DNA of 64,000 nt from Thermodesulfobacteriota bacterium (lineage in GTDB: Bacteria > Desulfobacterota_D > UBA1144 > Nemesobacterales > Nemesobacteraceae): NCBI GenBank assembly GCA_965202785.1, contig OZ241855.1, positions 1,216,001 to 1,280,000 on the forward strand, read 5' to 3'. Shown one piece after another: positions 29,973 to 40,105 of this stretch. Each line of letters begins with the position of its first letter. Within the stretch, counting starts at the first letter, position 1. Under the pieces are notes generated by a model. That model did not search any database, was not told the DNA's origin, and saw only the letters and a list, made by a program, of their open reading frames with translations. The translations under genes were made by a program, and so were the position numbers.

Positions 29973-31085
29973 TTGAGCAAGAAAACAATTGCGGTTCTTT
30001 TCGGCGGTGTTTCGGTTGAGCATGAAGTGTCGCTTATTTCCTCGAGATTTATCATCAGCAACCTTGATCCCTCGAAATTTTCTCTGCTGCCGGTTTTCAT
30101 TTCGAAGGATGGCAGATGGCAGAGGGCCGTTCTTGAGAACTGGCAGGAGGGGCATCCTCCGGCCTTGGTTCCCGATTCCGAGATCGTTCCCATGCTCTAC
30201 GGTTCTCCCCCCGGCCGTTTCGCTGAAATAGTCAAGGGAGAGATAAAAGAGATTTTTTCCGTGGACGCCGTTTTCCCCGTTCTTCACGGAACCTTCGGCG
30301 AGGACGGATCGGTACAGGGCCTCATTGATCTTATGGGTGTTCCCTGCGTGGGCGTGGACCTGCTTGGGTCTTCGCTTTGCATTGACAAGATAGTTTCAAA
30401 AACCATCCTCAGGGATAACGGTATTCCGGTTGTCCCGTTTTTCGGTTTCGCAGGAACCGACTGGCAAAACGATAAGGAAGCAGTTCTCCGCCGCATAGAA
30501 GACGAAATAGGATTTCCCTGTTTCGTTAAATCCTCAAATCTGGGTTCAAGCGTGGGAGTTTCAAGGGTGAGTTCTCCTGGGGCGGTTGCCGATGCGGTTG
30601 AAGCCTCTTTTGATTTTTCTGAAAGGGTCATCGTTGAGAGGGCCGTGATGAATCTAAGGGAAGTGGAGGTAAGCGTAATAGGGAATCAGGACCCGCAGGC
30701 CTCGGTTCCGGGGGAACTGGTTGTGGAAGGAGGCTTTTATGATTACGAAAAGAAGTACCACGACGAGTCAACTCAATTCCGGATTCCATGTGACCTTGAC
30801 CGCGAGACTCGGGAGAGGGTGAGAACCCTCGCTCTTGCTTCCTATACTGCCCTTTGCTGTACCGGTATGGCGAGGGTGGATTTTCTGGTTGACGCCGATA
30901 CGGATCAGGTGTTTGTAAGCGAGATAAACACAATCCCCGGATTTACTCCCATAAGCATGTACCCTAAACTCTGGGAGGCAAGCGGGCTCCGCGTCGGGGA
31001 GATGCTTGAGATGCTTGTTGAACTGGCCGAGCGGAGACATCGGATTAGAAGGGAACTCAGAACGGATTTCTCCGGTTCCGGCTAG
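29973..31085 (+). CDS. ddl: D-alanine--D-alanine ligase
   Basis: FGGVSVEHEVS, HGTFGEDG, GSSVG, YDYEKKY, EINTIPGFT..SMYP. Confidence 0.96.
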   Translation: MSKKTIAVLFGGVSVEHEVSLISSRFIISNLDPSKFSLLPVFISKDGRWQRAVLENWQEGHPPALVPDSEIVPMLYGSPPGRFAEIVKGEIKEIFSVDAVFPVLHGTFGEDGSVQGLIDLMGVPCVGVDLLGSSLCIDKIVSKTILRDNGIPVVPFFGFAGTDWQNDKEAVLRRIEDEIGFPCFVKSSNLGSSVGVSRVSSPGAVADAVEASFDFSERVIVERAVMNLREVEVSVIGNQDPQASVPGELVVEGGFYDYEKKYHDESTQFRIPCDLDRETRERVRTLALASYTALCCTGMARVDFLVDADTDQVFVSEINTIPGFTPISMYPKLWEASGLRVGEMLEMLVELAERRHRIRRELRTDFSGSG

Positions 31086-31088
31086 GAT

Positions 31089-32000
31089 TCACTTACCGAG
31101 AATGTCGTTTTTCTGTCCCCGGAAAAGCACAAGGAAGACGACTCCGGCGATTATTGAGGCTCCGCCGAGAAGTTTCGTAACCGACGGCAGGTCGTCGAAG
31201 AAGACATGCGCGAGGATCAGCACGAAGATCGATTCCATCGGCATGACGGCGGTTGTTCGTGAGATGTCGAGAAGCTTTATGGCGTGAAACTGACTTCCTT
31301 TTGCTATATACGCTCCGCATGCGCCTCCACCCGCCATCACAAGTGCCTGTTTTAGGCTTGGAGGCTCAAATGTCCCGGTGAGTATTAGGTAAATGAAAAG
31401 GACTATGGAGACTCCCAGGGTTCTGAGCGTCGCGACTGTCAGCATGTTCAGGTCCTGCGCTATCTTCTTTACCATGAAAGATAAAAAGGAATATAAAAAC
31501 GCGGCCCCGAGAGCCATAGCGGTTCCGAAAATGAGGTAATCCTCTCTTTGGTAGGCGACCACCGCTCCACCGGCCACCGTCAAGGCTATTCCTACGCTCT
31601 CTCCCTTGTTGAGCCTCTCACCGAGGAAGATTATGCCGAGCAGAAGCGCGAAGAGCGTCTGCGCCTTCATCAGGAACGAGGTAAGGGCCGGCCCGATCGT
31701 CCAGAGCGCAACCATCCACAAGGCGGCCCCTGCCGAGGTTATAACGGAACTCCAGATGAAAATGGCGCGGTACTCTCGGATTCTTCTGAGTTCCTTTCTC
31801 TGCGAGCGAAGAAACGGAAACAGGATTAAGGCGACCACAAAAGCCCCGAAGAACCAGAAAAAAGTGGTGGTCTCGGGGTGAAGGTCGCTTCGCTCAAGCG
31901 CCTTTCCTATTGCGTAGGAAAGCGCCGTGAAAAAAGCGGTGGCTATCAGAAAGAGATAACCCTTTATGGGAAGTTTTTCTTCTTTATTTCTTTTATTCAT
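31089..32000 (-). CDS. EamA/DMT family transporter
   Basis: About 10 transmembrane segments in two repeats, with LLGIIFLGERL. Confidence 0.85.
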   Translation of the reverse strand: MNKRNKEEKLPIKGYLFLIATAFFTALSYAIGKALERSDLHPETTTFFWFFGAFVVALILFPFLRSQRKELRRIREYRAIFIWSSVITSAGAALWMVALWTIGPALTSFLMKAQTLFALLLGIIFLGERLNKGESVGIALTVAGGAVVAYQREDYLIFGTAMALGAAFLYSFLSFMVKKIAQDLNMLTVATLRTLGVSIVLFIYLILTGTFEPPSLKQALVMAGGGACGAYIAKGSQFHAIKLLDISRTTAVMPMESIFVLILAHVFFDDLPSVTKLLGGASIIAGVVFLVLFRGQKNDILGK

Positions 32001-32937
32001 CAATCTTTCTGTGTCTCCATAACCAGGCTATAGCCGCGCCCGAGATATTATGCCAGATGCTGAAAAGCGCGGCGGGAAGGGCGGAGAGATAGCCGAAGTG
32101 CAGATGGGAAAGAGCTGCCGCGAGCCCCGAGTTCTGCATTCCCACCTCAACGGATATCGCCCTGGCGCTGCTTTCTCCGAAACCCAGCGCTTTCGCTATA
32201 AGATAACCGCATGTGAGACCAAGAGCGTTATGAATTATTACTATGAGGAAAACCACCGCGCCGATGGTTTTTATGGATTCCGCGTTCAAAGCCACTATTA
32301 TTCCCACCACAAGAGCTATAACAAGACACGATACTGAGGGCAGGAAGGGCAGTACGGCCTCTGATTTCCTCTCGAGCAGCTTCCTCAATACCACTCCGAG
32401 AAGGACCGGCAGCAGTACTATCTGAAGCGCGGAGATAAAAAGATCGGCAACCGGAACATCTATCCATCTTCCCGCGTAAAAGTACATGAGCGCTGGCAGG
32501 AGAAACGGGCAAAGGAGCGTTGAAACCGAAGTCAGCGTTACGGAAAGCGCGAGATCGCCCCTTGCCAGATAGGTGATCACGTTTGACGCCGTTCCTCCGG
32601 GGCATGAACCGACGAGAACGACCCCCGCGGCGATAAGGGGGGTTGTACCGAAAGCAAAGACAAGGAGAAACCCCAAAAGAGGCATCACGGCATATTGAGC
32701 GAAAACGCCTGTCAGGATCTCAAGCGGTCTTGAAAAGACTCTCCTGAAGTCATCCGTTTTGAGCGTTATGCCCATAGCGAACATTATCACCGCGAGCATG
32801 GGCACTATGAGGAATCCGAGATCCCGAAAAACGGAGGGGAAAAAGTACGCTACGGCTGAGAACAGAATTATCCAGAGGATGAAGAACCTTGTTATAAGGT
32901 CTGCAAGCGAAGTTAAAGCGCTTTTTGTTGAATTCAA
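31993..32937 (-). CDS. Bile acid:sodium symporter family protein (PanS-like)
   Basis: MFAMGITL, QYAVMPL, CPGGTASNV, EVGMQNSGL, FSIWHN. Confidence 0.9.
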   Translation of the reverse strand: MNSTKSALTSLADLITRFFILWIILFSAVAYFFPSVFRDLGFLIVPMLAVIMFAMGITLKTDDFRRVFSRPLEILTGVFAQYAVMPLLGFLLVFAFGTTPLIAAGVVLVGSCPGGTASNVITYLARGDLALSVTLTSVSTLLCPFLLPALMYFYAGRWIDVPVADLFISALQIVLLPVLLGVVLRKLLERKSEAVLPFLPSVSCLVIALVVGIIVALNAESIKTIGAVVFLIVIIHNALGLTCGYLIAKALGFGESSARAISVEVGMQNSGLAAALSHLHFGYLSALPAALFSIWHNISGAAIAWLWRHRKIDE

Positions 32938-32986
32938 TTTTGTTTGTTACCGTCGGGGCTGCCGGGGAAGCGATTGCGGGGGAGTT

Positions 32987-33385
32987 CTATCGCTTAGGCT
33001 CAACTCCGATTGCTATTTTCGAGAACCCCTGGGTTTTCGCCAAGTCCATGGTGCTTACGATCGGGCCGTGCATGGCCTCGGAATCCGCCCTGATTATTAC
33101 GAGGGTGTCTTTGTTGGGTATCCTCTCAAACTCCCGCTTCAAGGAGTTGGCGGAGCGCATAAGCACATCGTTGAAGTAAACTTTTCCGTCTTTGGAAATG
33201 TGTATGTTTACGTCTTTTATCTCGACGATTTCGCCGGTCGCTTTCGGGAGGTTGACTTTTATGCCGCTCGATATGGCGAAATTGAGTGTAAGGGCAAAGA
33301 AAATAAGGAGGTTGAAAATCACGTCCACGATGGGAGCCATGTCTATGCCGGACCTATCGCCTGATTTTCTTTGCGAGAATTTCAT
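32987..33385 (-). CDS. exbD: ExbD/TolR biopolymer transport protein
   Basis: PIVDVIFNLLIFF, VNLP, IIRAD, V..MD. Confidence 0.88.
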   Translation of the reverse strand: MKFSQRKSGDRSGIDMAPIVDVIFNLLIFFALTLNFAISSGIKVNLPKATGEIVEIKDVNIHISKDGKVYFNDVLMRSANSLKREFERIPNKDTLVIIRADSEAMHGPIVSTMDLAKTQGFSKIAIGVEPKR

Positions 33386-34002
33386 AGGGATGCCTTTGCG
33401 GAAAAAGCTTCAAGTATTTTCTTGCCTTCATCTTCGAGCTCGGAGATTATCTCCTTGAATTTTCCGTCTGTGTACTTGTAGGCTATGAGCGCCGGGATTG
33501 CTATCGTGAGTCCGAGGGCCGTAGTATAAAGTGCCTCCGAGATGCCTCCCGCGAGGGAAGGGGGATCCACTATATCCTTCTCCGATATGACGGCGAACAC
33601 CTTTATCATCCCTGATATTGTTCCGAGAAGTCCTATCAGAGTACTTATGCTGCTTATGGTGAGCAGAGTGTCTATATATTTTTCAAGACCTTGGGCCTCG
33701 TTCTTTCCTACGGCCTCAATGGCTTCTTCCATCTCCTCTTTCGATTCGCCTGAGTTCTGCGCGGCCGCGAGAGCCATTTTGGCTACCGCAGAATCGTTCG
33801 ATGCAGAAAGAGATTTTGCCTCTTCAAGCCCCTTTGTCTCGACAGTCTCGTATAGGCTTGAAAGAAATTCTTCGGGAAGAAGCTTTTTTCTCTGAAGGAG
33901 ACTAAGCTTCTGAAGAAAAATCGCAAGTCCGAATATGGAACATAAAATCAGGGGGAAAATATATATTCCGCCCTTGGTAAACAGATCAATAATTGCGTCC
34001 AT
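33382..34002 (-). CDS. exbB: ExbB/TolQ/MotA proton channel
   Basis: LIGLLGTISGMI..F, LAGGISEALYTTALGL.IAIP. Confidence 0.88.
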   Translation of the reverse strand: MDAIIDLFTKGGIYIFPLILCSIFGLAIFLQKLSLLQRKKLLPEEFLSSLYETVETKGLEEAKSLSASNDSAVAKMALAAAQNSGESKEEMEEAIEAVGKNEAQGLEKYIDTLLTISSISTLIGLLGTISGMIKVFAVISEKDIVDPPSLAGGISEALYTTALGLTIAIPALIAYKYTDGKFKEIISELEDEGKKILEAFSAKASL

Positions 34003-34238
34003 GGGGGTTTATCCTTGAATAGAGAGGTTTTTGCTCCGAAGTCTGGTTTTCGATACAACGAAACCATTATAAAACAAATCCGGGTTTTGTCCAAGCGAAA
34101 ATTTGGGGGATCGCTTTATTTGCTTGGTAATAGCTGGTGCCCCGAGCTTGCTGAGTTCTCCCTGGTTTCGGATTCTATAATTGTTTTCCGCCGTTTTTTT
34201 CGGGTAGATTTTCTAGCTTCAAACCCGTGGAGACTTAC

Positions 34239-35504
34239 ATGATGACTTCCGATTTTGAATATACTGACGGCGAACTTTACGTTGAGAAAGTCCCCGTAAG
34301 GAAAATATGCGAGGACTTCGGAACTCCGGTCTATATCTACAGCCACAATTCCATCCGCTCAAGCTTCCTTGAGTATAAGGAGGCGTTTTCTGAAATCGAC
34401 CCCCTGATCTGCTATTCCGTAAAGGCGAACTCTAACATATCCGTACTCAAGATTTTCTCCTCCATGGCTTCCGGTTTCGATATAGTCTCGTCGGGGGAAC
34501 TGCAGAGGGTCGTCGCCGCCGGGGGAGACACCTCGAAAGTGGTATTCTCGGGAGTCGGAAAGACCGAAGAGGAGATAGAGGCCGCAATTCGCTCCCGGAT
34601 ACTCTTTTTCAACGTGGAATCCGAAGCGGAGCTTCAGAAGATAAACGACGTGGCCGTCTCGCTCGGAGAGAAGGCCCCGGTCGCGATAAGGGTTAATCCC
34701 GATGTTGACCCCGACACCCATCCTTACATATCGACGGGTTTTGAGAAAAGCAAGTTCGGAATCGGGATCGAAAAAGCGGTGGATGTATACAGAAACGCCT
34801 CACGGATGGGGGGAATTGAGATAAGGGGAATTGATGCCCATATAGGTTCCCAGATATTTGATCTTTCATCCTTTTCCGAGTCCATATCTAAGCTTGTCTA
34901 CCTTGCCGACAGGCTCGGGAGCGACGGGATTGAAGTTTCCTACATAGATATAGGAGGAGGTCTCGCGATAAGCTACGAGAGCGAGGAAAAGCCCCCGGCA
35001 AAATCCGAGTACGCGCGGGTTTTCGAGGAACATCTTCGCGATACCAGTTACGGGCTGGTCCTTGAGCCCGGGAGATCAATGGTGGGCAACGCGGGAATAA
35101 TGTCCACTAGGGTGCTTTATGTTAAGGAGGGAACCTCGAAGAAATTTGTAATAGTTGACGCCGCGATGAACGATCTTGTGAGACCCGCGTTTTACGATTC
35201 GTTCCACCGGATAGAGCCGGTGCGTGTGGGAGGTTCTGAATCCCGCGAGGTGGTGGACATAGTCGGCCCGATATGCGAATCGGGCGATTTTCTGGCCAGG
35301 GACAGGAGTTTTCCCGAAGTTTCCGCGGGAGAACTGCTTGCGGTTTTCAGCGCGGGGGCGTACGGTTTCGTGATGTCATCTAATTACAACACAAGACCCC
35401 GGGCTGCCGAGGTTCTTGTGAGCGGTGAAAGGTACTGCGAGATAAGGGCCAGAGAAACTCTCGAAGACCTGCTGAAAGCTGAGAGCATCGCAGAATTCCT
35501 CTAG
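34239..35504 (+). CDS. lysA: Diaminopimelate decarboxylase
   Basis: YSVKANS, SKFG, HIGSQ, GGG, EPGRS, GPICESGD, GAYG..MSSNYN. Confidence 0.97.
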   Translation: MMTSDFEYTDGELYVEKVPVRKICEDFGTPVYIYSHNSIRSSFLEYKEAFSEIDPLICYSVKANSNISVLKIFSSMASGFDIVSSGELQRVVAAGGDTSKVVFSGVGKTEEEIEAAIRSRILFFNVESEAELQKINDVAVSLGEKAPVAIRVNPDVDPDTHPYISTGFEKSKFGIGIEKAVDVYRNASRMGGIEIRGIDAHIGSQIFDLSSFSESISKLVYLADRLGSDGIEVSYIDIGGGLAISYESEEKPPAKSEYARVFEEHLRDTSYGLVLEPGRSMVGNAGIMSTRVLYVKEGTSKKFVIVDAAMNDLVRPAFYDSFHRIEPVRVGGSESREVVDIVGPICESGDFLARDRSFPEVSAGELLAVFSAGAYGFVMSSNYNTRPRAAEVLVSGERYCEIRARETLEDLLKAESIAEFL

Positions 35505-35532
35505 TATCGAAACGGCGCTTGGTAATTAAGTC

Positions 35533-37494
35533 ATGAAACAGGGTTTTAACGGGCTCAAGGTAACGTCTTTTGAAAGCCGCCGTTGCGAGGAGATGAAAAA
35601 ACTCATCTCTTATCACGGCGGTGTGCCTAGGGTCGCACCCTCGATGAGGGAAGTCCCCGATCTTAAAAGTCCTTACGTTGCCGGGTTTGCCGATGATCTC
35701 TTCTCAGGCAACATTGATCTTCTTGTCCTCATGACGGGGGTAGGCACGCGGATTCTCTCCGACATCGTAATTGCCGAGTCTGAAGAAAAGAAATATGTGG
35801 ATGCCCTGCGCGCGACGACGATTGTTGCCAGAGGCCCTAAACCCGTGGCGGCACTTCGCAAATTCGGGATAAGGCCGAATATAACCGTTTCCGAACCGAA
35901 CACGTGGAGAGACATACTTTCCACTTTCGACCAGAGGGACATGTCGCTTGAAAACTTGGTTGTGTACGTTCAGGAATACGGGGTCTCCAACGAAGAGTTT
36001 CTCTCTTCTCTTGAAAAAAGAGGAGCTGATGTAAGAAGAATTCCCATTTACAGGTGGGCGCTGCCAGAGGACCTGGATCCACTGCGCGACGCTGTAAGAT
36101 CCGTATCTGAGGGGGAGGAGGACTGCCTCTTGTTCACAAGTTCCCGGCAGGTATCCAACCTTTTTGAGGTGGCGGCCGGGGAAGGATATTCCGATAACTT
36201 CATCGAAGGAATGAAAAAAGCGCTTATATGCTCGATCGGACCGACCACCACGGAGACGCTCAGGGAAAACGGAATATCCGTTGACTATGAGCCCGACAGC
36301 CCGAAGATGGGAAACCTGGTGAGGGAGGTGGCCAGAAGGTCAGCGGCGCTTCTCACCAAAAAAAGAACAGCTTTTGAAAATGGAGTCAATACCCGGAACT
36401 GGAACCGCACGCAGATGGTCTGGTCAGAGGACGGCGCACAGGTCCAAAGGAGAGAAATTACTTCTTCGGGGGCATTTATGAAGGCGTGTCGACTCGAGAA
36501 AGCTGACTATACTCCCATCTGGCTTATGCGACAGGCGGGCAGATTTCTTCGGGAATACAGGGAGACCCGCTCCCGCGTTTCTTTCAAGGAGTTTTGCAAG
36601 ACCCCGGATATGGCCTCGGAAATTACGCTGATGGTGGTTGACCGATTCGGCGTGGACGCGGCAATCATTTTCTCAGACATACTGCTCATACTGGAACCCC
36701 TGGGACTTTCCCTTGAGTATTCAAGCGTCGACGGTCCCGTGATAGCCAAGCCTCTTAGGACCCGAAAGCGCATAGAGGCCCTGAGGGACTTTGATCCCGA
36801 AAGCATGGATTTTGTCTACGAGGCTCTGCGTATCACAAGAAAGGCGCTTGCCCCCGAAGTTTCGCTTATTGGTTTTAGCGGAGCTCCCTTTACCGTGGCT
36901 TCCTACGCGGTTGAGGGAAGCGGTTCAAAAAACTACGTAAACACGAAGAAACTCATGTACGGAGACCCTTCCCTGTGGGAGAGGCTGATGGAGATTCTGA
37001 CCGAGAGCATTTCGGATTATCTCTGCGCTCAGGTGGATGCCGGGGCCGATGCCGTGCAGATTTTTGACAGTTGGGTGGGTTGTCTTTCCCCGGCGGATTA
37101 CGAAAGATTCGTCTTTCCGCACGTAAAGAAACTTATCTCGACGCTTCCGCCGGAAGTTCCGGTAATATTGTTCGGAACCGCAACCGGTTCCCTGCTCGAA
37201 CTCATGGGAGAGACCGGGGCCGGAGTTATCGGTCTTGACTGGAGGGTCGATATTCTTGACGGCTGGCAGAGAGCGGGAAGTTCTCTTGGGGTTCAGGGAA
37301 ATCTTGATCCGGTTTCAATGCTCTCAACCCCGTCTCATGTCGTGGAGGAGGCAAGGAAGATACTGGACAGAGTGAGAGGGAGGCCCGGGCATATATTCAA
37401 TCTGGGTCACGGTGTACTGCCGCAGACGCCGGTTGATAATGTTCTCAGGCTGATTGATGAAGTTCACGAGTATTCCGCGCGAAAGGAGGCTTAG
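35533..37494 (+). CDS. hemE: Fused uroporphyrinogen-III synthase (HemD) and uroporphyrinogen decarboxylase (HemE)
   Basis: N-terminal half: ESRR, MTGVG, ARGPKP, YRW, FTSS.QV, SIGPTT (HemD). C-terminal half: PIWLMRQAGR, IIFSDIL, GAPFT.ASY, QIFDSW, QGNLDP, FNLGHG (HemE). Single continuous 653-aa ORF. Confidence 0.92.
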   Translation: MKQGFNGLKVTSFESRRCEEMKKLISYHGGVPRVAPSMREVPDLKSPYVAGFADDLFSGNIDLLVLMTGVGTRILSDIVIAESEEKKYVDALRATTIVARGPKPVAALRKFGIRPNITVSEPNTWRDILSTFDQRDMSLENLVVYVQEYGVSNEEFLSSLEKRGADVRRIPIYRWALPEDLDPLRDAVRSVSEGEEDCLLFTSSRQVSNLFEVAAGEGYSDNFIEGMKKALICSIGPTTTETLRENGISVDYEPDSPKMGNLVREVARRSAALLTKKRTAFENGVNTRNWNRTQMVWSEDGAQVQRREITSSGAFMKACRLEKADYTPIWLMRQAGRFLREYRETRSRVSFKEFCKTPDMASEITLMVVDRFGVDAAIIFSDILLILEPLGLSLEYSSVDGPVIAKPLRTRKRIEALRDFDPESMDFVYEALRITRKALAPEVSLIGFSGAPFTVASYAVEGSGSKNYVNTKKLMYGDPSLWERLMEILTESISDYLCAQVDAGADAVQIFDSWVGCLSPADYERFVFPHVKKLISTLPPEVPVILFGTATGSLLELMGETGAGVIGLDWRVDILDGWQRAGSSLGVQGNLDPVSMLSTPSHVVEEARKILDRVRGRPGHIFNLGHGVLPQTPVDNVLRLIDEVHEYSARKEA

Positions 37495-37505
37495 GAAGAA
37501 GTTCC

Positions 37506-38447
37506 ATGAAAAATAATTTTGACGCCGTAATGATGATTGGATACGGGGCTCCCGAGAAAAAAGAGGACATAATGCCTTTTCTCAGGAATGTGGCCAGCGG
37601 GAGACCAATACCCGAGGACAGGTTGCGGGAAGTTGCCCATCACTACGAAATCTTCGACGGGAAGTCTCCGCTCAACGAATTCACTTACAAGCAGGCCCGA
37701 AAACTTGAGAAACTTCTTTCCGGGTGGGGGTACGATCTTCCGGTTTACGTCGGGATGAGGAACTGGCATCCGTTCATCAAGGATTCCCTTGAGCAGATGC
37801 GGGAAAACGGTGTGAAGAATCTGGTGGGCCTCATAATGGCTGTTTACCGCTCCGATGCGAGCTGGGAGAGGTACATGAGGGATATAAGCGAGGCCTGCGA
37901 AGATCTCAAGATGCAGCTTCACGTGGAATATGTTCCTCCGCTTTTTAACCATCCTCTTTTCATAGAAGGCTCGGCAGCCAAGGTGACTGAACAAATGCGC
38001 GAAATTCCCGAGAGCAGGCTCGATACCACCATGCTTGTGTTTACGGCTCACAGCATTCCCGAGAGGATGTCGGATTCGTCTCCCTATGCTTTGCAGTTTG
38101 AAACTTCCTCCATGCTGGTGGCGGACAGAGCCGGGCACAAAAAATGGATGATTGCCTACCAGAGCAGAAGTGGCTCTCCGAACGAAAAGTGGCTTGAGCC
38201 GGACATATGCGACGTGATAGTGAACCTTGCCGGCCAGGGCTTCACGGATATCGTGATTCAGCCGATAGGATTTGTCTGCGATCATATCGAGGTACTTTTC
38301 GATATAGGGGTTGAGGCAACCGAGGCCGCCCGTGAGTGCGGGGTGAACCTCTACAGGGCCGAGACCGTGAACGACGATGACCGCTACATAAAGGCTCTGG
38401 GCGACGGGGTGCTGAGGCTCATCGATTCAGAAAACTCTCGGCAATAA
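37506..38447 (+). CDS. hemH: Ferrochelatase, actinobacterial coproporphyrin-ferrochelatase-like
   Basis: YGAPE..D..PFL.NV..GR.IP..RL.EVAHHY, RNWHP, FTAHSIP, YQSRSG, WLEPDI, GFVCDHIEV. Confidence 0.92.
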   Translation: MKNNFDAVMMIGYGAPEKKEDIMPFLRNVASGRPIPEDRLREVAHHYEIFDGKSPLNEFTYKQARKLEKLLSGWGYDLPVYVGMRNWHPFIKDSLEQMRENGVKNLVGLIMAVYRSDASWERYMRDISEACEDLKMQLHVEYVPPLFNHPLFIEGSAAKVTEQMREIPESRLDTTMLVFTAHSIPERMSDSSPYALQFETSSMLVADRAGHKKWMIAYQSRSGSPNEKWLEPDICDVIVNLAGQGFTDIVIQPIGFVCDHIEVLFDIGVEATEAARECGVNLYRAETVNDDDRYIKALGDGVLRLIDSENSRQ

Positions 38448-38462
38448 GTAAGATAATTCGTT

Positions 38463-39860
38463 ATGAAAGTTGCGATTGTCGGCGCGGGGGTCTCGGGTCT
38501 TTCCTCGGCCCACTGCCTGAGAAAGCTTTGTCGCGAGAACAATGTTCCCCTTGAACTTGTTCTTTTCGAGTCCTCCGCACATCCGGGCGGGGTTTTTGAT
38601 ACCGTAAAAACAGGGGACATGGTCCTTGAACTCGGACCTGACTCCTTTATAACTTCAAAGCCTTGGGCGCTTGACCTTGCAAAAGATCTTGGACTTGAGG
38701 ATTCGCTCCTTGGGGTGGGATACGGCAAGCGGAAGGACACGTTCGTTTATCAGACAGGAAGGCTCTGGGCGCTTCCCGAGGGTTTTTTCCTGATGGCCCC
38801 CTCGAAGCTTCTCCCATTTCTTCGCAGCGGACTGTTCAGCGCCGGGGCCAAGCTCAGGGTGCTTCTTGAGCCTCTGGTTCCCCGCGGCGGGGGAGTGGAC
38901 GAAAGCATTCGTTCTTTTGTGGAGAGGAGATTCGGAAGGGAAATTTTCGAGAAGGCCGCGCAGCCTCTTCTGGGCGGAATTTACATGGCCGACCCCGAAA
39001 AACTGAGTCTTTCGGCCACAATGCCCCAGTTCTTAGAGATGGAGAAGCAAAGCGGAAGCGTTCTTTGGGACCTTCTTCGCAATCCACCGACCTCCCGTGG
39101 GGAAAGCGGAGCCAGGTACGGTCTTTTTCTCACTCCGGCGGAGGGCATGTCCGTTATCGTCGAAAGACTTTGCGAAAGTGCCGAATTTGCGAGGCAGGAT
39201 TACAAGACCCCGGTTCTTTCCCTTAAAAAATCAGAAAAGGGATGGCTAGTCGGTTCTGACCGAGGAGAAGAGGAGTTTGACGCTGTCATCCTGTCTGTCG
39301 GGGCCGGTACGGCCGGCCGACTACTTTCTGATGTCGATCCGCAGCTTGGAACGAGACTCTCGGGCGTGCGATATGTTTCTTCCGTCGTTGCGACTCTTGT
39401 TTTCGATGAGAAGGATTTCCGCGGTCTTCCAGATGGTCTGGGGGTCATAATCCCTTCCAAGGAGGGAATGAAACTCGTTGCGTGTTCGCTTTACAGCAGC
39501 AAATTTCCCGGAAAGTCCGGGAGCGGAAAGGTAGTGATAAGATGTTTTCTCGGAGGAGAGCTTAACCCCGATGCGGTGCTTTGGGATGAGGAGGAAATAA
39601 AATCCGTCTTAAGGGAAGAACTTGCGAGGGTTTTCGGATTCGATAACCATCCGACGGAGATTTATATCAGGAGATACAAGATGTCCATGCCGCGTTTTGC
39701 GCCGGGACACAAGGAGGATATCTCGGGCGTTATGCACCGACTTTCGCGTCACTCGGGACTTGCGCTTTGCGGAGCGGCTTACTTTGGCGTCGGGATTCCC
39801 GATTGCGTGCGTTCAGCGGAATTTGCAGCCAGAAAAATTCACGTGGATATGGCACCCTGA
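38463..39860 (+). CDS. hemY: HemY-type proto/coproporphyrinogen oxidase
   Basis: GAGVSGL, ELGPDSF, PLLGGIY, GVGIPDC. Confidence 0.92.
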   Translation: MKVAIVGAGVSGLSSAHCLRKLCRENNVPLELVLFESSAHPGGVFDTVKTGDMVLELGPDSFITSKPWALDLAKDLGLEDSLLGVGYGKRKDTFVYQTGRLWALPEGFFLMAPSKLLPFLRSGLFSAGAKLRVLLEPLVPRGGGVDESIRSFVERRFGREIFEKAAQPLLGGIYMADPEKLSLSATMPQFLEMEKQSGSVLWDLLRNPPTSRGESGARYGLFLTPAEGMSVIVERLCESAEFARQDYKTPVLSLKKSEKGWLVGSDRGEEEFDAVILSVGAGTAGRLLSDVDPQLGTRLSGVRYVSSVVATLVFDEKDFRGLPDGLGVIIPSKEGMKLVACSLYSSKFPGKSGSGKVVIRCFLGGELNPDAVLWDEEEIKSVLREELARVFGFDNHPTEIYIRRYKMSMPRFAPGHKEDISGVMHRLSRHSGLALCGAAYFGVGIPDCVRSAEFAARKIHVDMAP

Positions 39861-39985
39861 TATAAAACAAGATACGCCCACCCATATCTGATTATATCCT
39901 TTTAAGTCCTGTCAGCTTAAAGTGATTATTGAAGGGATCATGTTTACAAAGACTTTTACTGTGGCAAAATTAAAGGCTTATTACT

Positions 39986-40057
39986 GCCGATGTAGCTCAG
40001 TGGTAGAGCAGCTCACTCGTAATGAGCAGGTCAGGGGTTCGAATCCCCTCGTCGGCT
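39986..40057 (+). tRNA. tRNA-Thr(CGT), CCA not encoded
   Basis: Acceptor stem GCCGATG/CGTCGGC, anticodon arm GCTCA-CT CGT AA-TGAGC, T loop GGTTCGAATCC. Confidence 0.96.
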
Positions 40058-40105
40058 GTATGTAGCTTTAGCTCCACCTCGTCGACTAACTACGTGATAC
40101 AGCCA

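Noticed and set aside
37491-38285. 264-aa minus-strand ORF
   Set aside because: Antisense shadow of hemH.
40022-40105. MFS start at 40022 in the ORF track
   Set aside because: Overlaps tRNA-Thr; the ATG at 40106 matches the family N-terminus.
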